Under the pieces are notes generated by a model. The model saw only the letters and a program-made list of their open reading frames with translations. It made no database searches and had not been told where the DNA came from. From the NCBI GenBank assembly GCA_028023455.1, contig JAQFVV010000001.1, positions 1,364,001 to 1,428,000 of the forward strand: a stretch of DNA of 64,000 nucleotides, given 5' to 3'. Origin of the DNA: Epiperipatus broadwayi (lineage: Eukaryota; Animalia; Onychophora). The stretch's first letter is position 1, and each line of letters starts with the position of its first letter. Position numbers and translations under genes: made by a program. Positions 1 to 13,300 of the stretch are shown piece after piece.

Positions 1-539
1 AATAGGGAGTTAGAAAGATCCAGAAATAGTATGGAGAGTAAAAAGAGTTTAAATATATATAGAAATAAATAGAATATTAGATGTGAGTTAATATATGATA
101 ATAGTAAGAAAAGTAGGCTCGAACGGGATCTTTAACTACAAGAGAATATACATGTAAATGGAAAAATATGGGTGATTTATTTTGTAAATTATGTAAGGAA
201 GGAATAGAAAATATTAGACATTTGTTAATTGAATGTAAATGCTTGAAAACAGAAAGGGTACATATAATGAATTTATTGATGAATAAATATGAAAAAAGTG
301 ATTATATAGAAAGTGAATTATTGGTTTTTATGCTGGGTTTGGGAAAAGATAAAGGGGATTTAGATATAAAGGTTATAGAGTTGTCAGATTATGTTGTGGA
401 AATGGGATGGAGCAGAATATGGGAAAATTTAGAATGGGGAATGAAAAATAAAGTGGCTAACGGGTTTATTTGGGCATAATTGCCGAGATAATTCTTGACT
501 TCGTTTAAGGAGAAGCCACAATACATCACATCACATCAA
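1..539 (+). mobile_element. Non-LTR retrotransposon 3' end, copy 1 (C-terminal CxxC-E-H-C zinc knuckle and (CATCA)n tail)
   Basis: ORF 168..479 contains CKLCKEGIENIRHLLIEC, a zf-RVT-like knuckle typical of LINE ORF2 C-termini. It ends in ...acaatacatcacatcacatcaa. The clade is not determined. Confidence 0.75.
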
Positions 540-2355
540 GGAGAAATGGGATGGTCAAGTGTTTATATAAGAGATGCAAAAAGTAAAATGGAAATGTTTG
601 GTGGGTTGTAGTTTATGGATAATAAAAGAATAGCCAAATTAGTATTTAATTGTGTTACGAATAAAGGGCAGGTAACAAGATGGATGAAAAAGGTAAATGC
701 GGTATGCAGGAGATTTGGATAAAGAATTTTATATCAATATACTTGTACAAAAGGTGGGATGTTTGTGTTAGGAGGATTGTTGAGTGTTATAGTGGTAAGA
801 AATGGGATAAAAGAATAGATGCATTAATAAAGAACAGGAAGTTGGAGAGATGGAGAACTAGTATGGAGAGTAAAAAGAGTTTAAATATACACCTGAGTCT
901 CATTTTACGCGATAGATAGGTTCCTCAGAAAACACGTGCAAACGAAATCGCGCAAAAATAGATGTAACTTACATTGAAAAAGGGGGGGTGCAGTCTGTGA
1001 TTTTTCAAAATTCGCGTAAAAGCAAAGCACCAACGTAAAATTACTTTAAAATTCACGCAAAAAAAAAAATAAGGAAATAAAATATGACTAATAAAAAATT
1101 TCAAATTTGAAAAAAATTGATACAAGAGAAATAACTATAATATTTAATTTTATTCAAAATAATATATTTTTATGCATAATTTACATTTTTTTTATACACG
1201 TTTTAATTATCGATATTTGCTGAAAAACACATTTGTTTGCAAACTGAGGAAATACAACTAGCGCTAACTTCACACTCATGTTGGGTCAATGGATTTCTGG
1301 TGACAATGTAATTAATCTTTGAGACGATGATTTTATTAATTGTTTATGAACTTAGACTTACGATAATAAAAAGACGTTTATTCACCACTGCTGGTGGGAA
1401 AAATTTAATTAAAACTAACAACTAAAAATTAAATTCTTATTTTTGTCTTTAATTTTTTAATTCCGTTTAAAAATCAAATTTCGTTTCACTGCTATTACTC
1501 ACCTTTTAAAAATAAACTTGCGGACACTAAATGATTAATAATTGATTACGATCTTTTTTAAAAAGCAAAAACAGAATGTGATTTAAAATGCAAAATTAAC
1601 ACACACAATGTTTGAACAAATTTACATTATAATCTTGTAAAATTTAATGTGTGTATATATAAAACGTGGAAATCATGATTTTAATTTCATTATTGCATAA
1701 AATCTTACTATTATAAAGCACTGAAAATATTGAAATTACTAAGATGAAAGTCGAATTCCAATAATGTGCTATTACTTTCAATATAACGTAAGTGCGCGAA
1801 ATTTATTATTTAAAGTCATAGCGCATTATCGGACTTCGTGTTAAATAAGTCCGCATAAAAACAGATCCAGGTGTATATAGAAGTAAACGGAACATTGGGT
1901 GCGAGTTAATTTATGATAATAGCAAGGAAAGTTTATTGTTTAAGGCTCGAACGGGATCTTTAGCAACAAGGGAAAGACACGTAATGGAAAAATATAGATG
2001 ATTGAGTCTGCAAGTTGTGTAAGGAAGGCATAGAAAATATTAGGCATCTGTTAATTCATTGTAAATGCTTGAAAGCAGAAAGCGTACAAATAATAAAGTT
2101 ATGGAAGAATAAATATGAACAAAGTGATTATCCAGAAAGTGGGTTATTGGCTTTTATGCTGGGTTTGGGAAAAGATAAGGGAGATTTAGATATGAAGGCC
2201 ATGGAGTTGACAAAGATTATGTTATGGCAATGGGGTGGAGCAGATTATGGTAAACTTAGAATGGGGAATGGAAAGGGAAGGTAAAGTGACTAACAGATTT
2301 CTCTAGGCATAGTGGCTGAGAGATTCCTGATTCCATATAAGAAGTCACGGTGCAA
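540..2355 (+). mobile_element. Same LINE family, copy 2 (5'-truncated, in tandem after copy 1), interrupted by a MITE at 890-1873
   Basis: Sequence at 860-889 and from 1876 matches copy 1 (gagtttaaatatatatagaa at 35-64) once the MITE and one TA are removed. ORF 2015..2284 carries the same knuckle. Confidence 0.75.
890..1873. mobile_element. pogo/Tigger-like (Tc1/mariner) non-autonomous element, ~984 bp
   Basis: TIRs CACCTGAGTCTCATTTTACGCG and rc CACCTGGATCTGTTTTTATGCG, with TA on both sides (888-889, 1874-1875). The empty site is reconstructable from LINE copy 1. A second copy lies at 36649-37641. Confidence 0.88.
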
Positions 2356-3990
2356 GAGATATGTTACTGATGAGAATCTTAAATTATAAACACATACACA
2401 GCCACATACCATTAGGTCATGAAAAAGAAATTTTTTAGAATTATCAATTGTCAAGAGCAGACGACAGTAAATAAATGCTAGAAATTGATCTAACAAGCGA
2501 ACAAAACAGTTCAGTAGCCAACCTTTTGAATATTAACAACAACTAAACCTTATATTATTAATTACCATCTCTAAAGACTATTGTCTATATTGTTTATCTT
2601 ATTCTGTTAGATGTTAGCTATGTTGAAATGGGTGCATTTACACATTTTGCTCTTAACTTTAAAGAATGGATAATAATAAAGCAGACCCGTTTAAATTCAA
2701 ACATTCACAACACAGACGATTATAGCACCAGCCTTCTACAATATGCATTCAACCCCGTGCCACATAAATGACCTCTAACAATTCGAAGTAAAATCAATCA
2801 TCATGAGTGATTACTTATAAAATTAAAACTTAAATGCAGGAAAAATATGTTCATGGGAATCTGAATCATTTGTGAGTAATATACAAAATCAAACTCAACC
2901 ATAGGAATTATATATCATGAGGAAGTAAACATGTATGTGAATTCAAGTGCAGTGGTTAAAATATCTACAGAATCACTATATAAATGTTCACACATATATT
3001 CTAATCTTTAATTTCATATGCATATATGATATAAATAAATATCCACCTAATTTAAAATTCTAAATAAAATTAAATCAACCTAATAAACTATAGATATTTA
3101 TATGTGTGCATCGGCATCAGCCACATCTTTAATTTATAAATACATTATCCAAATGATTTTGAATAGCTTTAGAGAGATCACTTGTGTAAAAACTAAATTA
3201 ACTATGTGAAACTAAATCTTTCCCATACTCTTTCAAAAAACAATTCTTTAAGAGAACGATTGATTTAACATTTACTTAACTAAATCTTGATTATTTAAAA
3301 CTACCATTGTTATTTAAATCTCTTGAGAAATATTAATGAAAATATAATTAACTTGATTTTTTATTTTAACAATAATTTAACTTTCTTCCTTATTACTGTC
3401 AAACAGCATATATACATTTATCATCTTAATTATTCAAGGGCACACCTCATGTATTTTACTAAACCTAAAGTAATAAAATGCAAAAAAAAATTAAATTACA
3501 AATTAACTCATATAGATAAGTATTATTGGCTTGTAACTAGAATATGTAAGTTTATTAAATTATTATTCATACTAAGCAAAAGTATTACCTTAAGTTTATA
3601 AACATCTGAGAAGAGATTTTAAATATGAAACAGATTAAATTTGCAGGCATATTTTTTTTATCTTTGGACAGGATGTAAAAGAGCTCATTAGTAGTTCACT
3701 AATGAAAAATAATGTTGATAGTTTTTCAAATATTTAGTCACAATCAGGTTTTCATATTCAGAATAGAGTTTATTTTAAATTTGGTTAACTTACACTGGTG
3801 TTCTGTAATAGCTGTGATTGGTTGGCATGAGGTTGGAGTCAGTTCAGCACATAGACATCTTGATTAGGGCAATCTATACTCAGAAAGAAGTTAACAACAC
3901 ATGACACTGCTTCCAGTGTTTGCAAATGGTTCTTGATTATACACGGTAACAAGAATAATGATCTTGGTGAATGGAGAGCAGAGACGGCAA
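1876..3990 (+). repeat. Old ~2.1-kb duplication, copy A (LINE 3' end plus ~1.6 kb of flank)
   Basis: Collinear blocks shared with 8234-10325, e.g. aatatgttcatggga, aaaatatctacag, aatttataaatacattat, agaagagatt and gatcttg(g/a)tgaatg. Confidence 0.75.
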
Positions 3991-6691
3991 GAAAAAAATA
4001 AAATTATTTTCTGAGACTAGCTATTTATACAGTTACAAATTTTCTTATTAAGTCAAGCTACTAATTATTTTTAATTAAACCCACATACAGAACTCCTTGG
4101 ATAAAAATTAAAAAAAACTTGGTACTTGCATGACAACTGGTTTATTTTAATCTGTAAAAAATATGTTCAATTAAAATTTTAAAACATTTACAAAACATCC
4201 AAAGGAATTTACTATTGTGATATCAAAATTTTCTTAATCCAATATAACTAATTCAACCTTGCTTAAAATAATTTTCTTTCTTTTAAACAAGTTTATTTAG
4301 CTGAAATTTATAAATTAGCTTTAGTTTTTTTTAAAAAACTGAAAAGAAAAAAAATATATATATTTTTTTTATTTTTGAATACATACTTGTGTCTATATGT
4401 GTGTACACCTATAATATATAGAAACAATTTTAATGATAAAATCTAAATTTAATTCATAAAATCTGACTCTGACTCATTATTGCTAATTTTCTTAATTATA
4501 ATTTGAAATAGGCAATCTTTCTCAATATTTACAATAGTTATTACTTATAATATTTTTTTTAATTTATGGATCGAAGTATGAATGCTACTAGAATGTATGT
4601 TTGAGTTTCTGCAAATAGAAAAAATAATTAATTGAACTACGTATAGGTACTTTCTAAATTTAGTAATATTTTTAAAGTCAAATTTGCAGTTATATAAAAC
4701 GTGATAATTTTTTTAATTATAACAAAAAATAAGTCTTCTCATAAACCTGCATTCATATAATTTTAATAAGAAAATGCTAGAAAAATAGTACAAGTGCAAA
4801 TGAAAGCAAATATTCTTGGAATAATTTTTTTTGTTTGCAAGAAATTATGGATATCATACCTGCCAACAAAAATGTAGTTAGTTAATCCTCTATGGAAAAA
4901 TTAAAGAGGAAAATTAATTTTTTTGCACATAGTGGAATATACAAATAAAAGTTATTTTCTTTATATTCTTGCAATCTTTTTTATTGTTTTTGTCTAATCG
5001 CTATAAGACATCGCAAAGTTGTCCAAATGACATCTTTAAAAATGTATTTTTTATAATTCAGTAATTCATTTTAATTAAGGTATGTATTTTGATAATTTGG
5101 ATCTTTTTATTGTTTTCTAAAATCTTAAAATTACCTTCTTGAAAGAAATTTAAGTAACTCATTTGATATCATTTACATCATATACAATTGAGCACAGTAT
5201 AAAATACTAAAGGTTTCTAGAATGACACCTCTATCTCATCACTTCAGGTGTTCAAAGTTGACACTATATCTGGAAGAATAAGCATTTGATTGTATTTAAT
5301 ATCATTGTAAACAACTTTCAACATAATAACAGACACATTATTTATTATGTCAGGCTGTAAATAAGCTTTCATTTGATTTTATATTGATCAAACTTGTTGT
5401 ATTAATAAATTGTTTATTTTTAACGTAAGACTTTATCAAACTGTTTTGGTAAATCTATTTTCATGTGAAATGATGGTTACAATATCTATATCTAATAATA
5501 CTACAATATTTTTAATAGTTGTGATTATTGTTTCTGTCCCCAAAGTAACTTATTGGCTCTGCCATACCATATACGGAAAAAAAAAAATGTTGAGTGATAT
5601 TATAAATTATTAATAGATTATCCAGACTTTAAATAACTAAGTGAATTTTTATTGAATCTAAATTATCAGTTTTGAGAAACCAGTTATTAGAAATTTAGTA
5701 AATAAAAACTTGTAATTAATTGACATCGACTTACAAAATGTTATTTACTTTTTATTTACAGGTATCATTCAGTATCATCTCTTCTACCACCATCTTCAAT
5801 TCCTGGTTGAATCATTTATGTGATTAATTCACCTCTTCTGTTTTTGGATTCAAGGATCAATTGGCTAGTTATTGAACCTCGGATTAGAAAATCATAAGAG
5901 ATGGCCATTGAGAAAAAATTAGAGACTCCGAGGGCTGATGTATGTTTAGTACTCATGTTACATCATTTATCGAATCATTCCTTCATTTTAGAAGGTTGCC
6001 AATAATTAATTAACCTTTTAAATTGAGATGCTAGTCTTTCATGCTTTTTATGTGTTATAAGTGAATACCCCCACTTAAATTTAAATTGTGCATGTAAATT
6101 TTCTTTTTTTTTTTTTTTTAAGTTTGGCGCTCAATAGCAATTTGTAAATATATTTTTAAAAATTTCCTTAAAGGTACTAATAGTGGGCTGATATTTTTAT
6201 ACAGTTATTAATTTTGGCAGCTTTTATTTTTTTAAATTTCATCACGAAAAGGCAATCAGGTTTTAGGTATATAACTGTGACTCTGATTATGTTTCTCAAG
6301 AATCATAATGTGAGTTTGTAGCTGCATTTGTATAAAAATAGAGCTCTTAGGCTATTTCAATAAATTATGAAAAGTTTTAATGTTTTCAAATTATTTTTTA
6401 TTAATTCTGATAAGTGAAATGTTAAAAGCAAACTCCAGCAAATTCATCTTATCAATTAAACATATAAATTCGTGTATCTGTGATTGTGATAATATAAATG
6501 ATGAGAGAAAAATTGCTAAGTGCTACTTTTAACATTCATTTGTATAGTAAGCTATTTTTAAAAACTCAAAAGTATACATATTTTAATATTATGTATTTTG
6601 TCTTAGTATATAAAATTGTAATAAATACAGATAACCTTGATATAACACTGTAATTAAGTTCTTATCAAGTTTCATGTAGTAAAATATTGTA

Positions 6692-6999
6692 CGGGTGGTT
6701 CTCGACTTTTATACCTAATTGGTTCCTGAAATACGTATGAAAGTTGAAATGTATGAAAGTACAGCAATATGAAAAAAAAACATCAAAAAGTGTTTTTAAA
6801 ATATTTATTTTTTAACGAGGTGAATTGCATATACATAAATAACACTTGATTAGTATCTGGTGTTTTCTTTATAAATGTATCAAGAGGGATTTGAATTGTA
6901 TTCTTTCTTGATAAAAAGTTCTGTAACATGCTGTCTTTTTTTTATCGCCCAATGGTGAATTGTACGAAAGTAGAGTGTATGAAAGTCGATGACCTCCTG
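6692..6999. mobile_element. Small Tigger-like MITE (~308 bp), degenerate
   Basis: ta|CGGGTGGTTCTCGACTTTTATAC at the left end and GTATGAAAGTCGATGACCTCCTG|ta at the right end, i.e. imperfect ~23-bp TIRs with TA TSD. Internal gtatgaaagt repeats. Confidence 0.6.
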
Positions 7000-8233
7000 T
7001 ATTATAAGGACTAAGAGCCAATGTAAAAATGGCATAAAAAATTAAAAAATCTAACAAAATACTAACCAGCAACGCTGATAGAAACAATGGTAAACCACCA
7101 CTTATGATTATTATCTGTCATCCTTTAGTTATATTTTATCTAGTTAATCTAATTGCTTTTAGTCAGAGAACTTAACAAACATATGTAAGTATTAAATCTT
7201 TTTTCTATAATGATGATCTGCAAGTATATCTTGAAATCACAGATTCTTAATGACTAATTGTGCAAATTTTCTTGATATGGAGAATTCCAACAAAATAATA
7301 TAATAGCAAAGTTTTTTCTGCTCAAAAGTCAAAAATACCATGTTGTAGGAGAATAGCTGTAATCTATAAACAATTCATATTTTTAAAATTTTATTTATTA
7401 ATGTATTGGGAATTGGGTGGGAGAGAGGTCATCTAACAAAGTAAAAGAAATATGGATAAGTAGTGAAATGAGAGATACTTGTCTGCATATATTTATATAC
7501 ATGCACAGCCTTTTATTATATAGGGAATCCTTACTCATATGTGTTCAAATCCATGATAAGTGTTCTTAGGATCATTGTCTAACTAAACTCACAAAAAAAA
7601 TGTGCATGATTTAAAAATATAGAGGCCATTTTCTATCTTCATAAGAATAACTATAGAAATTACATTTTAATTTTACTGTGCAATGCAGTTCTATAATAAC
7701 ATAATTAGCAATAATAATAAATGCAATAAACTATTGCTGATCAAGAAATCAAAGAACATATGATAGTGGGGAGCCTATTAAAAATTGTGAATAAGAAATA
7801 ATGATATTCACTGAAATAAATTTACTGTTAGCTTTAAATACACTCCATACTTAATATTTGTGTAGGTTACATAAAATACAATATATAATTTTAATATCAC
7901 AATAATTATATGTATAAAAAAATCAGAATTGTAATGATTAGATAAATTATTTTTTTTAAAAAAACAAATTTATCTAAGCGATAATTTATTATAAAAATTT
8001 CATACAATGGAGATATGAACTATGCTATATTTTGTTGCAAGCCCCCTCTGCGTACATATGTATATAGTGTATTATAATTAATTTTGTTGATAAACATTGA
8101 TTAGAATAGAATACGTTTTATTTATTGAATGTACAGTACTTTTTAACACATATATATTGTAATGGTCAGCTACTCCTCTGTAGGCATGAACAATGTCCAA
8201 TCCCAGAGGGCGCCATTAAACTGATTGTCTAGA

Positions 8234-10325
8234 ATAGAAGTAAATAGAATATTGGGTGTGAGTTAATTTACAATAATAGCAAGGAAAGTAGTTTACTGTT
8301 TAAGGCTCAAACAGGATCTTTAGCAACAAGGGAATATACACATAAATGGAAAAATGTGGGTGATTTAGTCTGAAAGTTGTGTAAGGAAGCCATAGAAAAT
8401 ATTAGGCATCTGTTAATCGAATGTAAATGCTTGCAAGCAGAAAGGGTACCAATAATGTGGAAGAATAAATATAAACAAAGTGATATACAGAAATGGGGTT
8501 ATTGGTTTTTATGTTGGGTCTGGGGAAAGATAAGGGGATTTAGATTAAAAGGCTATAGAGTTGACAAAGATTATGTTGTGGAAATGGGATTGAGGAGGAT
8601 AGAGAAGAATACGGGAAAAACTTAGGGTGGGGAATGTAAAGGGAAGATAAAGAGATTCCTGATTCCGAAGAAGGAGAAGTCACAATGCATCGCATTGCAA
8701 TATCTTTTCAAGAGACATTATACATAAGTTTTACTGGTGAGATTCTTAACCTGTAGCCACACAATCACATACCATTACTAATAGATACTTTAATATCTTT
8801 AGGTTGCTGAGAGCAGAGATTCTTTAGAATCATCAATCAGCAAGAGCAGGGAACTAAATAAATAATAAAGATTGAGCTAATAAATAAATAAAACAAGTTT
8901 ATTAACAGTCAGTTATAATATAATTATTTCCATAAATTTCAATTACACTTTTAAAAGTGTTGCCACATAGTTCATTTACATAGTATAGCCCTTTTGAATA
9001 TCAACAGTAAAACTATATATTAATTCACTATCACCTCAAAAGATTCTTACCTAATATGACAGTATTTATCTGATTCTTTATTATTAGATATGTGTTAGCC
9101 CTGCCAAGATGTGCACATTTATTTTGCTAGTTTTGATCCTTAAAAGAGTAGACAAAATTACATTTAACATGGAGACAATTATGGGATCAACTTTCTATAA
9201 TATGCATTCAATCCTATGCAATGCTAAAACTACAATAACATAATAAATTAGCAATCCAGAATATAAATCAAAATCACAGGTGATTACATATAAAATCAAA
9301 ACTCAAACACGAATGAATATGTTCATGGGAGATATGCCTCTAAAAAGTCCAGAGTACAAATCGGAATCAAGCCTAGAAATTATATATTCATGGAAAGTAA
9401 AAAAATATAAAATTCAAATGTGGCACATAAAATATCTACAGGATCTCTAAGTATATGCACACATATATATTCTAATTTTTAATTTCGCATGCGTATGTGA
9501 TATGAATAAATGGAAACCTGCTTAAAAGTTCAGAATAAAATAAAATCAGCCTACTAAATTACATATGTATATTTACACATTAGTGTCATCCCACACAATT
9601 TTTTATATCCATTAATTTATAAATACATTATTCAAATGATTTTAAATAACTTTAGAGATAAATTTTGTAAAAATTAAATCTTAACTATTTAAAACTAAAT
9701 CTTATATATTTTTTAAAAATAACTTAATTCTTTAAAAAGAAAGCGTAAGTAGCTATATACATTTCATACTAAATCCAAACTAAGTATTATAAAGTATAAT
9801 GTGAGTTAATATTGAAAAAAAAATTAATAAATATAAAAAATTGAATGTATGACACATTAAATAATATATCATATTATGAATGACTTGTGGTAACTAGTCT
9901 ATTAAATCATTATTGTTCATAAACTAAGTAAAATTGTTACCATAAATCCTTAGATGGCCTAGAAGAGATTGTCTATATGAAACTAGGATTAAATTTTCAT
10001 TTTAACTTTTGACATGAAGAGCTCTTTTGCTGTTCACTAATAAAATATACTGTTGACTGTTTTCCAATTATTTAATCATAATCGGATTTTTTCATTTCGG
10101 AGTTTATATTAATCTTGATTAACTTTCACTGTTGAGAAGCGAGTCTGTTATAACTACAATCTTATGTACATGTGACTAGTTGGCACAATGATAAATTTAG
10201 TTCAACAGATAGAGCTAGACATTTTAGTTGTGGGATTCATACTCTGGAGTTCTTTAGCAATGCATGATGAAGCCCATAACAAGGATGATCTTGATGAATG
10301 ACAAGCAGAGATAACAAAAGACGAT
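8234..10325 (+). repeat. Old duplication, copy B, including LINE copy 3 (8234-8705)
   Basis: ORF 8377..8625 MCKEAIENIRHLLIECKC. The downstream flank is collinear with 2350-3990. Confidence 0.75.
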
Positions 10326-13300
10326 AGGCAATTTATCTCAATATATAACATGCTTTTTTAAATGTATAATATGCATACTCTTTTCTTCCAATGCGTAAGC
10401 TTGTGGTTAAGACCTGTAGAGTCCCTATCTTCACATTTTCAGTCGCATATGCTTTAGGTTTATTGCCTTAGTAAATTATAGTATAAAATTTTTTAAAAAT
10501 AATATACTGAGAGGACTCATTTATATATTTACTATCTGTTCATATATATTCATTGAAACTAAAAATAAATAGTAAAATATCTCTTTATTAGTTATTAAAT
10601 AAGCTCTGGATGATATTCTTTTTTTTTTCCAAAAACAATTTATTTCTCTTTAAAAATCTCTAATTAGTTTGATGTTTTAACTCAATATCAACTTAATATA
10701 TGTAAAACTTTTAGTATTACATTCAGAAAATATTTTGGAAATAAATAAAAATGTCTGTTTTTTAAATAAATGAAAGAAATTTTATTAATGTAATTGAAGC
10801 CACAGTTAGATGAGGCTAGTTTGTGGTTCCACTGTATTTTGATTTTATAAATAAATTGATATTTATTTGCTTTGGATAGATTTTACATTTTAATTGATTT
10901 TTGAAAATGAAGGCTTCATTTAAAAAAATGCAAAAGTTGCAGACAAAAAAATACCTAAAATGAAAAAAAGATTGGGAAAAAAAGTTGTTTTAAGTAAAAA
11001 AATAATTTTTTTTAATTTAAATTGTGATTTATATATATATTGATAAAATAACAAATTTCACTTCACATTAATAAAAAATAATCATATGATTTATTTCTCT
11101 GGAGTTCATAAGAAGAGTACAGAATTAATGAAAAAGAACAGTGATCCATGGAGCTTGAACTTCAGAGTTTACTAGTCAAGCAATTCTGACAAACATTGGA
11201 TCCATGAAAAAAATGTATTATTATGGCATTGATTATGGGATTAAAGAAAGCAAATGATATATGTGAAAAAATAATACATTTACAATGAATTGAGTTTAGC
11301 TGTATTGTACTTAAGAATATATACAATTTTTAAAATTAAGAAATCATTTTAAATATCACTTTAAATTCACACACACAATAAAGCTTCTAGTCATTAAATT
11401 TTTTTTTTTGAAAACAAACTTTTCTTCCTATTTTATTAAACCTGTTTTTATTTTTTCAAAAGCAAATTAAATGACAGCCTGTAAAGGTGTGTTTTTTTAA
11501 TATAAGAAAGTAATTATAAGATTGTCTCTCTATATACCTGTATTACAGTACTTTATGTCCTTAAATAATGGTTAATCTTTCAAACAGTTTTATTGAATTT
11601 AATCACAATTGAATGCTAACATTATTTTGCACCATTCGTTTATCATGCTATTTTTTCCCAAAATAATTAAACCTGATTAATGCCCTCCCCTTCTATATTT
11701 AACACTTTAAAAAATGTGTCTATATATAAACATAACATCCCTAAAATAAATTAATATTTTTTTTATTAAGATTACCAAGATTCCATTACAATAACTGAAA
11801 TAAGAGCAGGCACACCCATAATTTCAAAAGCTTAAATATTTCTCAGCCACCTTCATTATTATAATTTAGTATTAAACACATTTATATAATAAATATTACT
11901 TCCTTAATGATGCTCTATTAAATACAAAAGATCTATGGTGATTGTATTTTATGTTGGTGCTTGAGTTAGTGGTGAGATATCAAAATGTTAATTTTTATTT
12001 ATCCAATACTAGTCACTACATGCTTATTTCGAACAAATAATAGAATTGTGATATTTTTCACATTTAAAAATAACAAAAAATATATTACTATTAACTTGTG
12101 ATGAGATGTAGTATTTAACAATAATAAAAATGTGTAGTTCTCATCAATAATTGACTAATCATAATAAGAAAAATGGATTCATTATACTATTAATTTATAA
12201 TTTTCTGCATGGATAATACTATATTGCAGATGCAATATTTTAATCTGGTACTTTTAATTATCTAGCCTTCCTGGGTTAATATTTTTTTCAAATTAAGAGA
12301 ACTTGTAGTAATAATCAAACAATACACCTCTTTTGTGTAAACTCTTGTCTTTAACACCCATGTGGTGCTGGGAACTTAAATGAAAATAGGGATTTTTAGT
12401 TTTCTAAAAAATACTTTTTTTTTTATTAAATGCATGTCATATTTGAGGTGATTTTTTTTTCTTTTGACTGTATTTCTGAAAATACTCTGTGCCATCCCCC
12501 CTTATTAAAAGATTAACTACAATATTTTAAAAAGCTAGTGATTAAAGTTTTCAGTTGCTATTTTCTAGACAAAAATAATAATCAAGAATTAAATACAGCA
12601 ATTGTAAAACTAAGAAAAACAAAATATAAACATGTCAATCATGTTGATTAGTTTATTATTTTATAGGCATTTACCGATTTTTTTTTTTTTTAAATATGTA
12701 TATGAATTTATAGCAATATGTTTATTTTATCACAATTGTTCCCAGATTAACAGTATTGCTTATATATATGATTTTTTTGTATGTGGCTGATACAATGATC
12801 TTTTAAAAATAAAAATATGTTGCTAATAATAGTGAAAGATCATCCAGATGTTATAATCATGACTCTAATGTATTAAAATAAATATTGTTTATAAATGATA
12901 TAAAACTTGTTGAACGTCTTTAAAAATAAACACACAACATAGAATATCATTATATATGAAAGGGATTTCAATAAATATTAGTCTCAGTATGTTTCAACAT
13001 GAAATATCCATTAACATGAAAAATATTTGTAATCTCTTTCAGAAGAGAGAAATTAGCCTGGTTTTGAAAATGGTTTTACTATTTTAAGTAATCATTACTG
13101 ATAACATGTTATAGTTGAGTCACAGTAATCTTGTGAAATAAAAAAAAATTAAGAGCTTGTAGCACATTGAGAATTATTTTAGAAAATTGCGCAAAACAAT
13201 TTCATCAACCTAACTTCATAGAAAATATGTGATATTGACTGTAGTTGTATTATTAAATATATATATATTTGTTTATAATTTATTTAAAAAACTAGAAAAA

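Noticed and set aside
2360-2400. CTGATGAGAATC after the LINE tail, as a possible hammerhead
   Set aside because: No stem II or GAAA can be built, and the paralogous site (~8735) reads CTGGTGA with a different continuation.
6103-6140. poly(T)-AAGTTTGGCGCTCAATAG, resembling the poly(T)-PBS junction at 57556-57590
   Set aside because: No homology upstream or downstream, and only a short imperfect match.
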